DNA of 64,000 nucleotides from an uncultured delta proteobacterium. GTDB taxonomy: Bacteria; Desulfobacterota; Binatia; UBA9968. Both the position numbers and the translations under genes were made by a program. The stretch's first letter is position 1. The number at the start of each line of letters is the position of its first letter. Below the pieces are notes generated by a model, which saw only the letters and a program-made list of their open reading frames with translations, ran no database searches and had not been told where the DNA came from. Location of the stretch: positions 1,184,001 through 1,248,000 of the forward strand of contig CAVSHR010000004.1 of assembly GCA_963727625.1 (NCBI GenBank), read 5' to 3'. Below, piece after piece: positions 1-10,472 of this stretch.

Positions 1-846
1 GGCGATGGCTTCGGTTTGTTTGCGGTTGAGCTGCAGAGCCTTGAGGCTGTTGACGATTTTGTCGTTGTATTTGGCGATGCTGTCGAGCAGTGCACGGCGC
101 CGCCGCGCCGAGATCCGTTTGGCGTCCAGCTGGTGGCGGAGCTTTTCCCGGTCGTTGGCGATACGCCGAATCTTGCCGATTTGATCAAGCAGTCGTTTCT
201 CGTGAACTTCTTCCTCTTCGAAGTCCTCGCTTTCTTCGTCAGTCTCGTCTTTGATGATTTCCCGGACGCGAATTTCATGCTGCTGCAGCTTTTCGCCGAG
301 ATCTAAAATATAGGTCAACGCCAGCGGACTGGACAGCACCCCATCGATGACCCGCTTCTCGCCTTCTTCGATCTTCTTGGCAATCTCGACTTCGCCTTCG
401 CGGCTCAACAGCGAGACCGTGCCCATTTCGCGCAAATACATACGCACCGGATCGCCGGTCTTACCGACCACGTCGCTGTCGACATCGCTTTCGGATTCCT
501 TTTCCTCCTCTTCCTCTTCGACGAGTTCCTCGCCGGTGGCGCCAAGCGTGACCCGCTGATTGGAATCGACCACTTCGATTTCCATTTCACCAAAGATCGT
601 CATGACATCGTCGATCTGGTCCGGCGACACCACCTCTGCAGGAAGCATGTCGTTAACATCGTCGTAGGTCAGATAGCCCTTCTCCTTGCCCAAGTCGATA
701 AGCTTCTTGACCTGCTTCATGTTCTTCTTCTCCGCCGGTTGAGCGGAGGCGACAAAGGCGGGCTTCGATTTGGCTACCGGGTGGTTGGTTTCGGCTCGAG
801 TTTTAGGTGATCTAGCTGGCGTTCTTTTCGCCCGAGGTCTTGCCAT
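1..846 (-). CDS. rpoD: RNA polymerase primary sigma factor RpoD, 5' part (runs off window)
   Basis: Manual minus-strand translation gives MKQVKKLIDLGKEKGYLTYDDVNDMLP...DPVRMYLREMGTVSLLSREGEVEIAKKIEEG (sigma70 regions 1.1/1.2). In-frame ATG at 846 follows AAAGGA; alternative start at 720. Follows dnaG. Confidence 0.96.
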   Translation of the reverse strand, partial: MARPRAKRTPARSPKTRAETNHPVAKSKPAFVASAQPAEKKNMKQVKKLIDLGKEKGYLTYDDVNDMLPAEVVSPDQIDDVMTIFGEMEIEVVDSNQRVTLGATGEELVEEEEEEKESESDVDSDVVGKTGDPVRMYLREMGTVSLLSREGEVEIAKKIEEGEKRVIDGVLSSPLALTYILDLGEKLQQHEIRVREIIKDETDEESEDFEEEEVHEKRLLDQIGKIRRIANDREKLRHQLDAKRISARRRRALLDSIAKYNDKIVNSLKALQLNRKQTEAIA

Positions 847-2570
847 TCTAGTATCCTTTCTCTCTTCGCTTTTTCATCGTTCTGTTCTTCCGCGGCGCGA
901 ATTCCAGAACGCTCATCCCGTTTCCGTGCTTTTATGCGCTTGCGCCTTAAGTGCGCCAAACAATCGGCCGCTATTTTGGCACACTCCGTGTCGGAGAAAT
1001 TATCTCCCTCTAAAGCCAAGGCCGCCATCTCGCCGGCGATTTCCGGCGGCAAGTCTTGGGTCAACCGAGAAACATCGATATTCCCATGTTCTTGCCACTC
1101 GGCAACGAGTCCGTCAACCGCCGGGCGCCACTTCGGAGAAAATCCCTGCCGCGCTTCATCATCGCCCGCCACACGATCAATTACCGCAGACAAGCGGAGC
1201 ATCATACTAACAAGCAGCCGCTCCGCCTTGTCTTCGCGACCCGTGGCCGAGACCGATGTGGGCGGATTGGCGGGCACCACGCGCCGAAGGCCCGGCGTCG
1301 CCGCTTGGCGACGCAACAAATCTTCACGAATCCCCAAGCGATCGACGGCCCGAGCGATCAGCAGATCAACTTCAAAGGCATTGGTCACCTTTCCCAACAC
1401 CCGGCTCAACTCGCCGGCGATTTGAAGCTTTCCCTCGATGGTTTGGCCGTGGCGTTGTGCCAGCCAGGTAAAATAATAATCCGCCATAGGCACCGCTGCA
1501 TCCAGGGCCGCTTCCAATGCCGCTTTGCCGCGCCTTCGAACGAAGCTATCGGGGTCCTCCCCCTTCGGCAAAAACGCCGCGCGTCCGAGCAGCCCGCCTT
1601 CGACGAAGATCTCAAAGCTGCGTGCGGCGGCTTTTTGCCCGGCCTCGTCGCCGTCGAAGAGCGCGATGATGTTTTTTGTGTAGCGTGACAACACGCGCAC
1701 ATGATCGGCGGTCAACGCGGTTCCGAGAGTCGCCACGGCGTAGGAGACCTCATGCTGCGACAAGGCAATGACGTCGAGATAGCCTTCGACGACAACCACC
1801 CGGTCCGCTTTGCGAATGCCTTCCTTCGCCTGATTGAGCCCGTAGAGCGTTGAGCCCTTGTGAAAGAGCGGTGTCTCGCTGGAGTTGAGGTACTTGGGCA
1901 AACCGTGATCCAACACCCGGCCGCCGAAGGCGACGACCTTGCCGGCCGGACTGATGATCGGAAAGATCACTCGGGCAAAGAATTTTTCGTAGAACTTTTG
2001 CGGCGCACGCTGACCGATAAGGCCGAGACGGCAAGCCTCGGTGGTCGAAATATTTTCTTGACTGAAAAGCTTGAAGAGTCCGGAACCGGTTTGCGGCGCG
2101 TATCCCAACATGAATTTTCGTGTCGTCGCATCGTCAACGCCGCGAGATTTTAGGTATTCGAGCGCCTTTTTGCCCTCCGGATGAGTGAAGAGAAGTTTAT
2201 GATAGTTGGCTGCTGCGCTTTCGTTTATGCGGTAAAGCCTTTCTCGTTCGCCGCTCTGCGAAGAATTCGCCGGCTGGCCATCGCGCTCGACCACGATGCC
2301 GTAGCGTTTGGCGACGCGCTCCACCGCCTCGGGAAAGGTCAGGTGATCGTACTGCATGAGAAAATTAAAGACCCCGCCGCCGGACTGGCAGCCGAAACAG
2401 TGATAGATGCCTTTTTCTTCGCTGACCGTAAAAGAAGGGGTTTTCTCGCCGTGAAAAGGACAGAGCCCCATGTAGTTGCGGCCGGACTTCTTTAATGTCA
2501 CGTAGTCCGAGATGACCTCGACAATGGAGGCCCGGTGGCGAATTTCGGCGATCTTGTCCTGGCTAATCAT
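774..2570 (-). CDS. dnaG: DNA primase
   Basis: CHC2 zinc finger (CPFHGEKTPSF...YHCFGC), PKYLNSSET, TOPRIM EGYLDV and FDGDEAG. Confidence 0.98.
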   Translation of the reverse strand: MISQDKIAEIRHRASIVEVISDYVTLKKSGRNYMGLCPFHGEKTPSFTVSEEKGIYHCFGCQSGGGVFNFLMQYDHLTFPEAVERVAKRYGIVVERDGQPANSSQSGERERLYRINESAAANYHKLLFTHPEGKKALEYLKSRGVDDATTRKFMLGYAPQTGSGLFKLFSQENISTTEACRLGLIGQRAPQKFYEKFFARVIFPIISPAGKVVAFGGRVLDHGLPKYLNSSETPLFHKGSTLYGLNQAKEGIRKADRVVVVEGYLDVIALSQHEVSYAVATLGTALTADHVRVLSRYTKNIIALFDGDEAGQKAAARSFEIFVEGGLLGRAAFLPKGEDPDSFVRRRGKAALEAALDAAVPMADYYFTWLAQRHGQTIEGKLQIAGELSRVLGKVTNAFEVDLLIARAVDRLGIREDLLRRQAATPGLRRVVPANPPTSVSATGREDKAERLLVSMMLRLSAVIDRVAGDDEARQGFSPKWRPAVDGLVAEWQEHGNIDVSRLTQDLPPEIAGEMAALALEGDNFSDTECAKIAADCLAHLRRKRIKARKRDERSGIRAAEEQNDEKAKRERILEWQDLGRKERQLDHLKLEPKPTTR

Positions 2571-2579
2571 TGCCGGTGG

Positions 2580-3089
2580 TTAGAGCCGCCTCGCGCTATC
2601 GCCGGTAAAAATCTTTTCCCTGCCAAAGCGAATCAGGTCATGGCCAAGCTTGGATAAGGGTTGAGCCAGATAGGAACCTTCGAACTTGTCGCGCGTCGGT
2701 TGCGGCAGCAATGAATTTGAATTGAGCAGGAAAACCGCCAAGGCGCATAGCGCGGTGCCCTTGCCCAGGCCGAGGGCGATGCCGCCGGTGCGATTGAGAG
2801 TCTTCAGAAACAATAGTTTTTCCGAGCGATGGAGCAGCCAGCCGATCAGATTGAGCGCAAAATACACAATAAAAAAAATGCTCACGAAAGCCACGCCTTT
2901 TTGCACAAACGGAGAAATGCGCCAATGACTCGGGAAAAGCGCGGCAATTTCTTGGTCATATGCAACCGCTACCATGAAACCCGCAACCAGACCGGCCAGC
3001 GAAAACAGCTCGCGGAAAAAACCGCGAAAGTAGCCCCGCAAGCCAAATAAAGCGAAAAATCCGAGGAGAATCAAATCGACCCAGTTCAC
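2580..3089 (-). CDS. cvpA: CvpA (colicin V production) family membrane protein
   Basis: GTG start NWVDLILL...GYFRGFFRELFSLAG and LNRTGGIALGLGKG; four TM segments; start trimmed from the ORF track. Confidence 0.85.
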   Translation of the reverse strand: MNWVDLILLGFFALFGLRGYFRGFFRELFSLAGLVAGFMVAVAYDQEIAALFPSHWRISPFVQKGVAFVSIFFIVYFALNLIGWLLHRSEKLLFLKTLNRTGGIALGLGKGTALCALAVFLLNSNSLLPQPTRDKFEGSYLAQPLSKLGHDLIRFGREKIFTGDSARRL

Positions 3090-3258
3090 CGGAAGAGTCC
3101 AGGAAAGATACCTAAGTCGTATCACGATAAGATGGGCGAATCGAATCAACGAGTCACATGGTTAACGGCAGTTCCGGATCATACCACCGCACTGGCTGCC
3201 TGTGATCCTTCGACCCGTTCCGTTTGGCGACCGGATGATCCCTCGTAGAGTCGGCAGT

Positions 3259-3705
3259 CTATCCTTCGAGAAGCCCCTTCGCCAACTCATTCACCCGCTT
3301 ACCGTCGCTGCGGCCGGAAACCTTGGGCATGACCAGCTTCATGACCTTACCGAGGTCCTGAATGCCCCGGGCGCCGGTTTCGGCGATACAGGCCTGAATG
3401 AGACCCTTAACTTCGTCTTCGGAAAGTTGTTGCGGCAAGAAGCGCTTGAGGACGGCCAATTCGCCATCCTCCTTAACGGCTAAGTCTTCTCGCCCGCCTC
3501 TACGGTACAAGTCAATCGCTTCGTTTCGCTGTTTGCACAGGGTCGCGATCGTTCGCTGTATATCTTCCCTGCTCAGTTCCCCACGGATTCGAATCTCTTC
3601 ATTGTGCAGCGCCGACAGCAGCAGCCGAAGCGTCGAAAGGGTGACCCGATCGCCGCTTTTCATGGCCTGCTTGACGGCTTCTTGAATCTCGGCCTTAAGT
3701 TCCAT
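3259..3705 (-). CDS. GatB/YqeY domain protein
   Basis: AMKSGD..TLSTLRLL, KQRNEAIDLYRRGGREDL, DLGKVMKLVM; usual position downstream of rpsU. Confidence 0.93.
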   Translation of the reverse strand: MELKAEIQEAVKQAMKSGDRVTLSTLRLLLSALHNEEIRIRGELSREDIQRTIATLCKQRNEAIDLYRRGGREDLAVKEDGELAVLKRFLPQQLSEDEVKGLIQACIAETGARGIQDLGKVMKLVMPKVSGRSDGKRVNELAKGLLEG

Positions 3706-3739
3706 CGCTCAAGATTACGAAAACCTCTGGCGCCGATTT

Positions 3740-3934
3740 TTAGAAAGAGTGTCGTACCCTGCGCATCGCGCGCTTCTTCGCGGCGATCGCCTTCTTTTTC
3801 TTCTTCACGCTGGGTTTTTCGTAATGCTCACGTTTGCGCAGTTCGGCAAGAATACCAGCCTTTTCGCAGAGCTTTTTGAAGCGGCGGATTGCACTCTCGA
3901 TGGATTCATTATCTCGAACTCTGACTCCCGTCAT
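3740..3934 (-). CDS. rpsU: 30S ribosomal protein S21
   Basis: [42 protein letters not shown]. Confidence 0.98.
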   Translation of the reverse strand: MTGVRVRDNESIESAIRRFKKLCEKAGILAELRKREHYEKPSVKKKKKAIAAKKRAMRRVRHSF

Positions 3935-3982
3935 AAAATCAATCACCCCCGATCCAACCAGATCGTTTTACATCCGCTGATG

Positions 3983-4010
3983 ATTTTAGCGTATTTGCCT
4001 TGCAAGTCAA
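3983..4010 (-). promoter_or_regulatory. Putative sigma70 promoter of the rpsU-dnaG-rpoD operon
   Basis: Minus strand TTGACT-N16-TAAAAT about 50 bp upstream of rpsU. Confidence 0.6.
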
Positions 4011-4150
4011 GTAAATCGCTTGAAAAATGAACACTTTGGAGGCACTTGACGGCTTGCTAAGCAGATTCTTCGCGAGCGGCGAAAGGGCTTCGACACCGGC
4101 GGCACACAAACGACTGAGAAAATTTTGAATTATGCGCGACGGCGGTCCCG

Positions 4151-4912
4151 CTAACGCTTTGGACTCCTTGCGCTCGGTAAATTTGGCCTGAAGCGGAGCT
4201 TGTGCAATTTTTCCGGGAAGTCGGAAATTAATCCTTGCACGCCGAGCGCAACAAAAGCTTCCATCTCGCGCACTTCGTTCACCGTCCAGACATGAACGTC
4301 CAAACCTTCTTCCCAGGCCTGCGTGAGAAAATTTCGCGTCGCCAGGGCCTTTTGAACGTGAATGGATTTCGCTTCCAGCCGTCGCGCCGCCGCAAATGGA
4401 TCTGCTGTGCTCCGCGAACCGCAAAGGATAGCCAGTGTCGCCTCCGGCGCCAGTTCCCGAACCCGGGCCAAACAACGATAGTCGAAAGATGACAGGATCG
4501 TGCGGTCCAAGTAGTCGTAGCGACTTAATATAAACAAGATTTTTATTTCGATGCCCGGTGACGCCGCTGGGTAGGATTTAATTTCCAAGCATAAATCGAC
4601 GCGACCGGCGAAGATCTCCAGCGCCTCCTCCAGCGTGAGGATGCGTTCTCCTTTGAAAGATTTTTTTCGCCATTGGCCGATATCGAGCGCCTTGAGCTGG
4701 TCGAGCCTTTTGCTCTTTAATGCGCCGCGGACGCCCGCCGTTCGCAGCAAGCGTTCGTCGTGAAAAATCACCACATGGCCGTCCTCAGTCAATTGGCAGT
4801 CGAACTCGATCATGTCGACACCCGCTTCGATCGCCTTGACAAAAGCGAGCCGAGTGTTTTCCGGATACTTTCCCGAAGCGCCGCGGTGAGCGATGGTTTT
4901 AATGCCAGGCAT
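4151..4912 (-). CDS. Glycerophosphodiester phosphodiesterase (GDPD)
   Basis: IAHRGASGKYPENT, IEFDCQLTEDG..VIFHD, VHVWTVN, GLISDFP. Confidence 0.93.
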   Translation of the reverse strand: MPGIKTIAHRGASGKYPENTRLAFVKAIEAGVDMIEFDCQLTEDGHVVIFHDERLLRTAGVRGALKSKRLDQLKALDIGQWRKKSFKGERILTLEEALEIFAGRVDLCLEIKSYPAASPGIEIKILFILSRYDYLDRTILSSFDYRCLARVRELAPEATLAILCGSRSTADPFAAARRLEAKSIHVQKALATRNFLTQAWEEGLDVHVWTVNEVREMEAFVALGVQGLISDFPEKLHKLRFRPNLPSARSPKR

Positions 4913-4974
4913 GATTCAGCGAGGGCATGGCGCCGGCGAAGCATTCTCCGCTCGAAAGCCTTTTTTCAGAATTT

Positions 4975-5724
4975 TTATGCGGCATCGTCATCGGCGGCTT
5001 TCAGATATATTAAAAATTCTTTGTTGCCCTTGGGCCCGAGCAGCGGCGATTCGGTGACGCCCAGAACTTGGTAGTGCTGCTCCGCCGCCGCACGTTTGAT
5101 CTCGTCGATCACTCGGGCGTGCTCCTCTGGGACGCGCACCACTCCGCCTTTCCCCACCTTGCCCTTGCCGACCTCAAACTGCGGCTTGATGAGCGCGATC
5201 ACCTCGTGGCGCGCCGTGGCCAGCGCGCGCAACCGGGGCAGGACCAGTTTGAGCGAGATAAACGAGACATCGATTGTTGCAAGATCGGCGGGATAGGGTA
5301 ACGAGCTCGGCTCGAAATAACGAATGTTGGACTTTTCGAATACGACGACGCGCGGATCATTGCGCAGTTTCCAGTCGAGTTGGCCATAACCGACGTCGAC
5401 CGCGAACACTTTGACGGCGCCGTGAGCGAGCAAGCAATCGGTAAAACCGCCGGTGGATGCGCCGATATCGATCGCCGTCTTGCCGCTCAAGTCGATGGCG
5501 AATTCGCCGAGCGCCTTCTCCAACTTGAAACCGCCGCGGCTGACATATCGGGAAGCGGTTTTGAGCCGGACCGGCGCGCTCTGGTCTATTAAGCTGCCGG
5601 CCTTGGTCACCGCTTGATCGTTGACAAGCACTTCGCCCGCCAAGATCCTGCGCCGGCCTTCTTCCCGGCTGTTCACCAGCCGGCGGTCGAGCAGCAATAG
5701 ATCTAAGCGCTGCCTCTTTCCCAT
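4975..5724 (-). CDS. tlyA: TlyA family rRNA 2'-O-methyltransferase
   Basis: S4 domain, YVSRGGFKL, DIGASTGGFTDCLL, DVSFISL, LIKPQFE, GNKEFL. Confidence 0.95.
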   Translation of the reverse strand: MGKRQRLDLLLLDRRLVNSREEGRRRILAGEVLVNDQAVTKAGSLIDQSAPVRLKTASRYVSRGGFKLEKALGEFAIDLSGKTAIDIGASTGGFTDCLLAHGAVKVFAVDVGYGQLDWKLRNDPRVVVFEKSNIRYFEPSSLPYPADLATIDVSFISLKLVLPRLRALATARHEVIALIKPQFEVGKGKVGKGGVVRVPEEHARVIDEIKRAAAEQHYQVLGVTESPLLGPKGNKEFLIYLKAADDDAA

Positions 5725-7631
5725 CCCTCCCTGCCGCGCTTCTTTGCACGCCGGACCATCTGCAACACCGCCTGAGCGATGGCGTCTTTATCGAAACCGC
5801 AAAGTTTCTTGAGCTCATCTTGCGTGCCATGGGGAATAAAACGGTCCGGCACGCCGAGCCGTTTAACTGCAACGCCGCTGAAGCCCTCATCGGCAAGAAA
5901 TTCGATCAAGGCGCTGCCGAAGCCGCCCATGATCACGTGATCTTCGACGGTGATCAACCGCGGCACGCGCGCCAGCAAATCGCGAAACAAATCCCTATCC
6001 AGTGGCTTGACGAAGCGGGTGTTGACCACTGCGGCGTCGATGCCCAGCGGCGCGAGATCGTCGGCGGCTTTCACGGCCGGCATGACCGTATCGCCGATGG
6101 CCGCAATCACAATATCCTTGCCGTCGCGCAATAGCTCGGCTTTACCGATCTCAAGGTTTTTCATTTCCGGGTCCATGTTGACGCCCCAGCCTTCGCCGCG
6201 CGGGTAGCGTAAAGAGATCGGACCGGAATGATCGATGGCGGTCTTGAGCATATGCTGCAGTTCGTTTTCATCCTTTGGCGCCATGATGACGATGTTAGGC
6301 ATCGACCGCATGTAGGCGAAGTCGAAGACGCCATGGTGCGTCGGCCCGTCGGCGCCCACCAGCCCGCCGCGGTCCAGGGCGAAGACCACATGCAGATTCT
6401 GCAGGCAGACATCGTGCAGGATCTCGTCGTAGCCGCGCTGGAGGAATGTCGAATAGATCGCAACGACGGGAATGCATCCCTCGGTGGCCATGCCGGCGGC
6501 AAAGGTCACGGCGTGCTGTTCGGCAATGCCGACGTCATAGGTCCGCGCCGGAAACTCGCGCGCCAGCTTGTCGATGCCGGTGCCGCTGCCCATCGCCGCG
6601 GTGATGCCGACCACCTTGGGATTTTCATTGGCAAGGCGGAGCAAAGACCGGCCAAACGCTTCTGTGTAGGTAGGGATCGGCCCTTTTTCTTTCTTGGCCT
6701 TGCCGGTGAGCACATGAAACGGCGTCACGCCGTGAAATTTAATCGGATCCTGTTCCGCCGGCGCGTAACCCTTGCCTTTTTTCGTCAACACATGGACCAG
6801 CGTCGGACCGTCGATCTTTTTGACGTTCTCCAGCGTCGCGATCATCTCACTCAAGTTATGACCGTTGATCGGCCCGACGTATTGAAACCCCAAACTTTCG
6901 AACAGAAATCCCGGGGTCACTAAACTTAGAAAAGAATCGCGCATTTTGCGCGCCAGATGCTTGAGGTTCTCGCCGCTGGGCAGGCTTTTTAACAAACTGG
7001 AAAGGTTTTTCTGCAAGCGCACGCCGAGATCGGTGGTGAATTGTTTGCTCAAAAACGACGACACCGCGCCGACTCGGGGGTCGATAAAATGCTCGTTATC
7101 GTTTAGTACCACGATCAAATCGCGGTCAAGATGGCCGGCCGAGTTCAAGCCCTCGTAGGTCAAACCCGCGCTCAAGCCGCCGTCGCTGATGACCGCGACA
7201 ACCTTACGATTCGAACCTTCGAGAACATTGGCTTCGACCATTCCGAGCGCAGCCGAGATCGAGGTGCCGGCATGACCGGCGCCGAACACATCGTATTCGC
7301 TCTCTTCGCGGCTCAAAAACCCGCTCAAGCCGCCGAACTGGCGGATCGTCGCCAGGCGATCGCGACGGCCGCAGATTAATTTATGGGCGTAGGCCTGGTG
7401 CCCGGTGTCCCATACAATGCGATCTTCGGGCGTATTGAAAACGTAGTGCAGCGCCAATGTCAGCTCCACCGCGCCGAGCGTCGAAGCGAAATGACCGCCG
7501 ACCTCCGACACCACGGAAATGACTTCTTCGCGGATTTCCACGGCGAGCTGATTCAATTCGTCCACCGACAAACGCCGGATATCGCGCGGATATTCAACTC
7601 CATCCAACAAGCGAGTCATACCTTTGTTCAT
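5703..7631 (-). CDS. dxs: 1-deoxy-D-xylulose-5-phosphate synthase
   Basis: GGHFASTLGAVELT, HQAYAHK, GHAGTSIS, DVGIAEQHAV, IYSTFLQR, DGPTHHG. Confidence 0.98.
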   Translation of the reverse strand: MNKGMTRLLDGVEYPRDIRRLSVDELNQLAVEIREEVISVVSEVGGHFASTLGAVELTLALHYVFNTPEDRIVWDTGHQAYAHKLICGRRDRLATIRQFGGLSGFLSREESEYDVFGAGHAGTSISAALGMVEANVLEGSNRKVVAVISDGGLSAGLTYEGLNSAGHLDRDLIVVLNDNEHFIDPRVGAVSSFLSKQFTTDLGVRLQKNLSSLLKSLPSGENLKHLARKMRDSFLSLVTPGFLFESLGFQYVGPINGHNLSEMIATLENVKKIDGPTLVHVLTKKGKGYAPAEQDPIKFHGVTPFHVLTGKAKKEKGPIPTYTEAFGRSLLRLANENPKVVGITAAMGSGTGIDKLAREFPARTYDVGIAEQHAVTFAAGMATEGCIPVVAIYSTFLQRGYDEILHDVCLQNLHVVFALDRGGLVGADGPTHHGVFDFAYMRSMPNIVIMAPKDENELQHMLKTAIDHSGPISLRYPRGEGWGVNMDPEMKNLEIGKAELLRDGKDIVIAAIGDTVMPAVKAADDLAPLGIDAAVVNTRFVKPLDRDLFRDLLARVPRLITVEDHVIMGGFGSALIEFLADEGFSGVAVKRLGVPDRFIPHGTQDELKKLCGFDKDAIAQAVLQMVRRAKKRGREGWERGSA

Positions 7632-7646
7632 CTCCTTGGTGAAAAG

Positions 7647-8573
7647 TTAAGCATTTTTGTGAAGCGCCCGGACGACCACATGCCGCGCGATGGCTGCGAG
7701 CGGCCGCGCGCGCGCGCCAAAGGAGTCGAGCTCTTGCAGGGCCAGTTGCAGCAGCTCTCCGAGGCGCTCGCGCGCCTGCGCGATGCCGAGGATGAGCGGA
7801 TAGGTCGCTTTTTTTTGTTCATTGTGTCCGCTCTCACCCTTTTCGCCCGCCGCAGTTTCACCCTGCGCATCTAAAATATCGTCTGCAATCTGGAAAGCCA
7901 ACCCTAAATATTCGCCGAAGCGCGTGATCTTGGCCAAGTCATCGCCCGCCGCCGACCCTAGCCGGGCACCGATCCGGATCGAAGCCAAAATCAACGCGCC
8001 GGTCTTGCGCACATGGATCGCTTCGACCGTTGCCAGGTTCGCTTCTTTCTCTTCCGCTTCCAGATCAAGGGCCTGGCCGCCCACTAACCCCAGAGTTCCA
8101 GCCGCGTGGGATAACTCGTGGACCAGTTGCAACGCTAAAGCCGGGGCAATCCCGCGTGTCGCATCAGCGTCGGACATCAAGTGAAATGCTTCGGTCAGCA
8201 AACCGTCACCGGCCAGCAGCGCCATGCCTTCGCCGAAAACTTTATGGTTCGCCGGTTCGCCGCGACGTAAATCGTCGTTATCGAGCGCCGGCAGATCATC
8301 GTGAATCAAAGAGTAGGCGTGGATCATTTCCACCGCGCAGGCAAAGGGCAACAAACGATCCTGCGGCGCGCTGAATTGTTCTCCAGCCGCAAGAGTCAGA
8401 ATCGGCCGGATCCGTTTGCCGCCGGGAAACACGCCGTAACGCATGGCACGAAAAATCGTTTGCGCGTCACTCGGATATTTGCTCAGGTAACTTTCGAGGG
8501 CGCGGTCGATGATCGATGTTTGCTTCTCCAGGTAATCGTCCAGGTCGAATTTGCCTGCGGCATTGGAATTCAT
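7647..8573 (-). CDS. ispA: Farnesyl diphosphate synthase (polyprenyl synthetase)
   Basis: GGKRIRP, SLIHDDLPALDNDDLRRG, KTGAL, FQIADDILD; immediately upstream of dxs. Confidence 0.93.
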   Translation of the reverse strand: MNSNAAGKFDLDDYLEKQTSIIDRALESYLSKYPSDAQTIFRAMRYGVFPGGKRIRPILTLAAGEQFSAPQDRLLPFACAVEMIHAYSLIHDDLPALDNDDLRRGEPANHKVFGEGMALLAGDGLLTEAFHLMSDADATRGIAPALALQLVHELSHAAGTLGLVGGQALDLEAEEKEANLATVEAIHVRKTGALILASIRIGARLGSAAGDDLAKITRFGEYLGLAFQIADDILDAQGETAAGEKGESGHNEQKKATYPLILGIAQARERLGELLQLALQELDSFGARARPLAAIARHVVVRALHKNA

Positions 8574-8648
8574 CGAAATGGCCAAGAAAATATTTCCCCG
8601 AGTTCAGTTTATCACTTCTCTGCCCAACCCTTCAAATTCCGCCCGCGC

Positions 8649-9503
8649 TTACTCGCGCCGCTGCGATAACGCGCCGCTCGTGTGACCGCCGGTCGATCGA
8701 TCATCTGCCCTTTCGAGGGAGAAACTGCCATGATCCCAGAGCCTGCCGAAGATCAGGCAGGCAAGAGCGATGCTCAAGGGCCCGACCAACGCCGCCAGCC
8801 AATATCGGTTGAGCAGGCAGAAACCGAAGGGCAAGGCAAAATTCACCGAATAAACCCACGCCGCGAAACCCACGCTGCCGCGCGGCGCGGGCGCGAGTCG
8901 ATGCAACAACAGCAGGAGAACCAAGCCGGTCACTCCCCAGCCGAGTAAGTTCATCCACGGCATGCCATAATAGGCACCCTTGTCACCCCAGACCCAGTAG
9001 CTGGTAACCCGGCTCATCGCCGGATCGAGCAGCAGATCCCAGGCAACCAGCAACACGGTGCCCAGAAACACCGCGGCCAGACCGCGGGAAACCCGCCGCG
9101 CCAAGATCCAACAAGCCCAACTCATGGTAAACCAGCTGAGCGGGATCAACAGCGGCACGCGATCAAACCATTTGATGCCGAGCAGGGAAGTGTACGAATA
9201 GGCGCCGAAGGGAATGCCATAGGTCGTGCCCATGAGCTCGCTCGAAAGGCTGACAACGTAAACCACCAGAAAAGCCCAGAGTGCCTTTTGCTTGTCTCTG
9301 AGGAGCGCTTCACTGGTTGCCGCCAATCCGCCGAACAGCATATTGCCGACGGCAAAACCATGAAAGGCCCAGGCGAAAAACCGTGCTTGCGGATCGACCT
9401 GAATCAATAAATCCGGGCGCGAGGTAAATACGCCGTAGCCCAGCAAGCTGGCGATCACGATGGCTGCCTGGATCGCGAGAAACAACCAAGGCACGAAATT
9501 CAT
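8649..9503 (-). CDS. cruF: CruF-like carotenoid 1',2'-hydratase (DUF422 membrane protein)
   Basis: ELMGTTYGIPFGAYSY, VPLLIPLSWF, AWDLLLDPAM, YYGMPWMNLLGW; last gene of the crt operon. Confidence 0.82.
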   Translation of the reverse strand: MNFVPWLFLAIQAAIVIASLLGYGVFTSRPDLLIQVDPQARFFAWAFHGFAVGNMLFGGLAATSEALLRDKQKALWAFLVVYVVSLSSELMGTTYGIPFGAYSYTSLLGIKWFDRVPLLIPLSWFTMSWACWILARRVSRGLAAVFLGTVLLVAWDLLLDPAMSRVTSYWVWGDKGAYYGMPWMNLLGWGVTGLVLLLLLHRLAPAPRGSVGFAAWVYSVNFALPFGFCLLNRYWLAALVGPLSIALACLIFGRLWDHGSFSLERADDRSTGGHTSGALSQRRE

Positions 9504-9515
9504 GAATCTTCCTCC

Positions 9516-10472
9516 CTAACCGTTTATGTTGGAAGCCTTCCAGATCGCGCGCAACGGCGCGGGCGACCAGGGTTGGACAAGCCGCGCCGGCAGCGAGCGA
9601 ATCAAACCGAGAATGCCGACGAGCACGACGCGAAGCTTGCGCGCGCCGGTCACATAGGTGCGCTCGTCCCAAGCATGGGCGCCCTTGCGCAGCAGCAAGG
9701 CGCCGATCTCGGAGTAGACGTTGCGCGCTGCCGCCACCGCGCAGGCGGAGCGAAACGAAAGATGCCACAATCCCGCATCACCGGATCGGTAGTAGCGCTC
9801 GGCTTCGCGCAACAGGCGCTGGGTTAAGAGAGCCAATTTTTCTCGATTGGCGGGAGCGGCGATTTCATCCGGCTTGATCTCGGCCTCGTCGAGCCAGCTG
9901 AGCGGCAGATAAATCCGCCCCAGAGCGGCATCTTCGATGATGTCGCGGGCGATGTTGGTGAGCTGCATGGCAATACCGAGATCCGCTGCATGCTTGAGCG
10001 CGCGCTCGTCGCGGAGTCCCATCACATGGGCCATCATCAAGCCGACCGTACCGGCGACACGGTAGCAATAGAGCAACAGCTCTTTGAGCGTCGTGTAATG
10101 AGTGCCGCGCACATCCATCGCCATCCCTTCGATGAGCTCCAAAGCATAGTGGGAAGGAATACCGTAGCGATGGACTATATATTGTAGGGCGACGAAAACC
10201 GGCTGGCGCTGCGGCGTGAAGGAAAAAGCCGCGGCGGTGTTTTCTTTAAGCGCTTTGAGCCGCGTGGCAAGCTCAGCTGGGTCGGTGCCGTTGCCGACTT
10301 GATCCACCTGGTCATCGCAGTAGCGGCACCAGCCGTACAAAAAAAACGCCGCGTCACGGGTGTCCGGATCGAACAACCGCGCCGCCAACGAGAAGCTCTT
10401 CGAGCCCTTTTGAATCATCCAGCGGCATTCATCCAATGCCCCTCTGACCTGCTCCGGCATCGCTTCACGCAT
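9516..10472 (-). CDS. crtB: Phytoene synthase
   Basis: GSKSFSLAARLF, WCRYCDDQVD, YCYRVAGTVGLM, MQLTNIARDIIEDA..GRIYLP. Confidence 0.96.
   Translation of the reverse strand: MREAMPEQVRGALDECRWMIQKGSKSFSLAARLFDPDTRDAAFFLYGWCRYCDDQVDQVGNGTDPAELATRLKALKENTAAAFSFTPQRQPVFVALQYIVHRYGIPSHYALELIEGMAMDVRGTHYTTLKELLLYCYRVAGTVGLMMAHVMGLRDERALKHAADLGIAMQLTNIARDIIEDAALGRIYLPLSWLDEAEIKPDEIAAPANREKLALLTQRLLREAERYYRSGDAGLWHLSFRSACAVAAARNVYSEIGALLLRKGAHAWDERTYVTGARKLRVVLVGILGLIRSLPARLVQPWSPAPLRAIWKASNING

Noticed and set aside
3150-3258. SRP RNA or riboswitch between yqeY and cvpA (GAAGG..GCAGCC)
   Set aside because: The SRP domain IV consensus and the enclosing long helix are not present.
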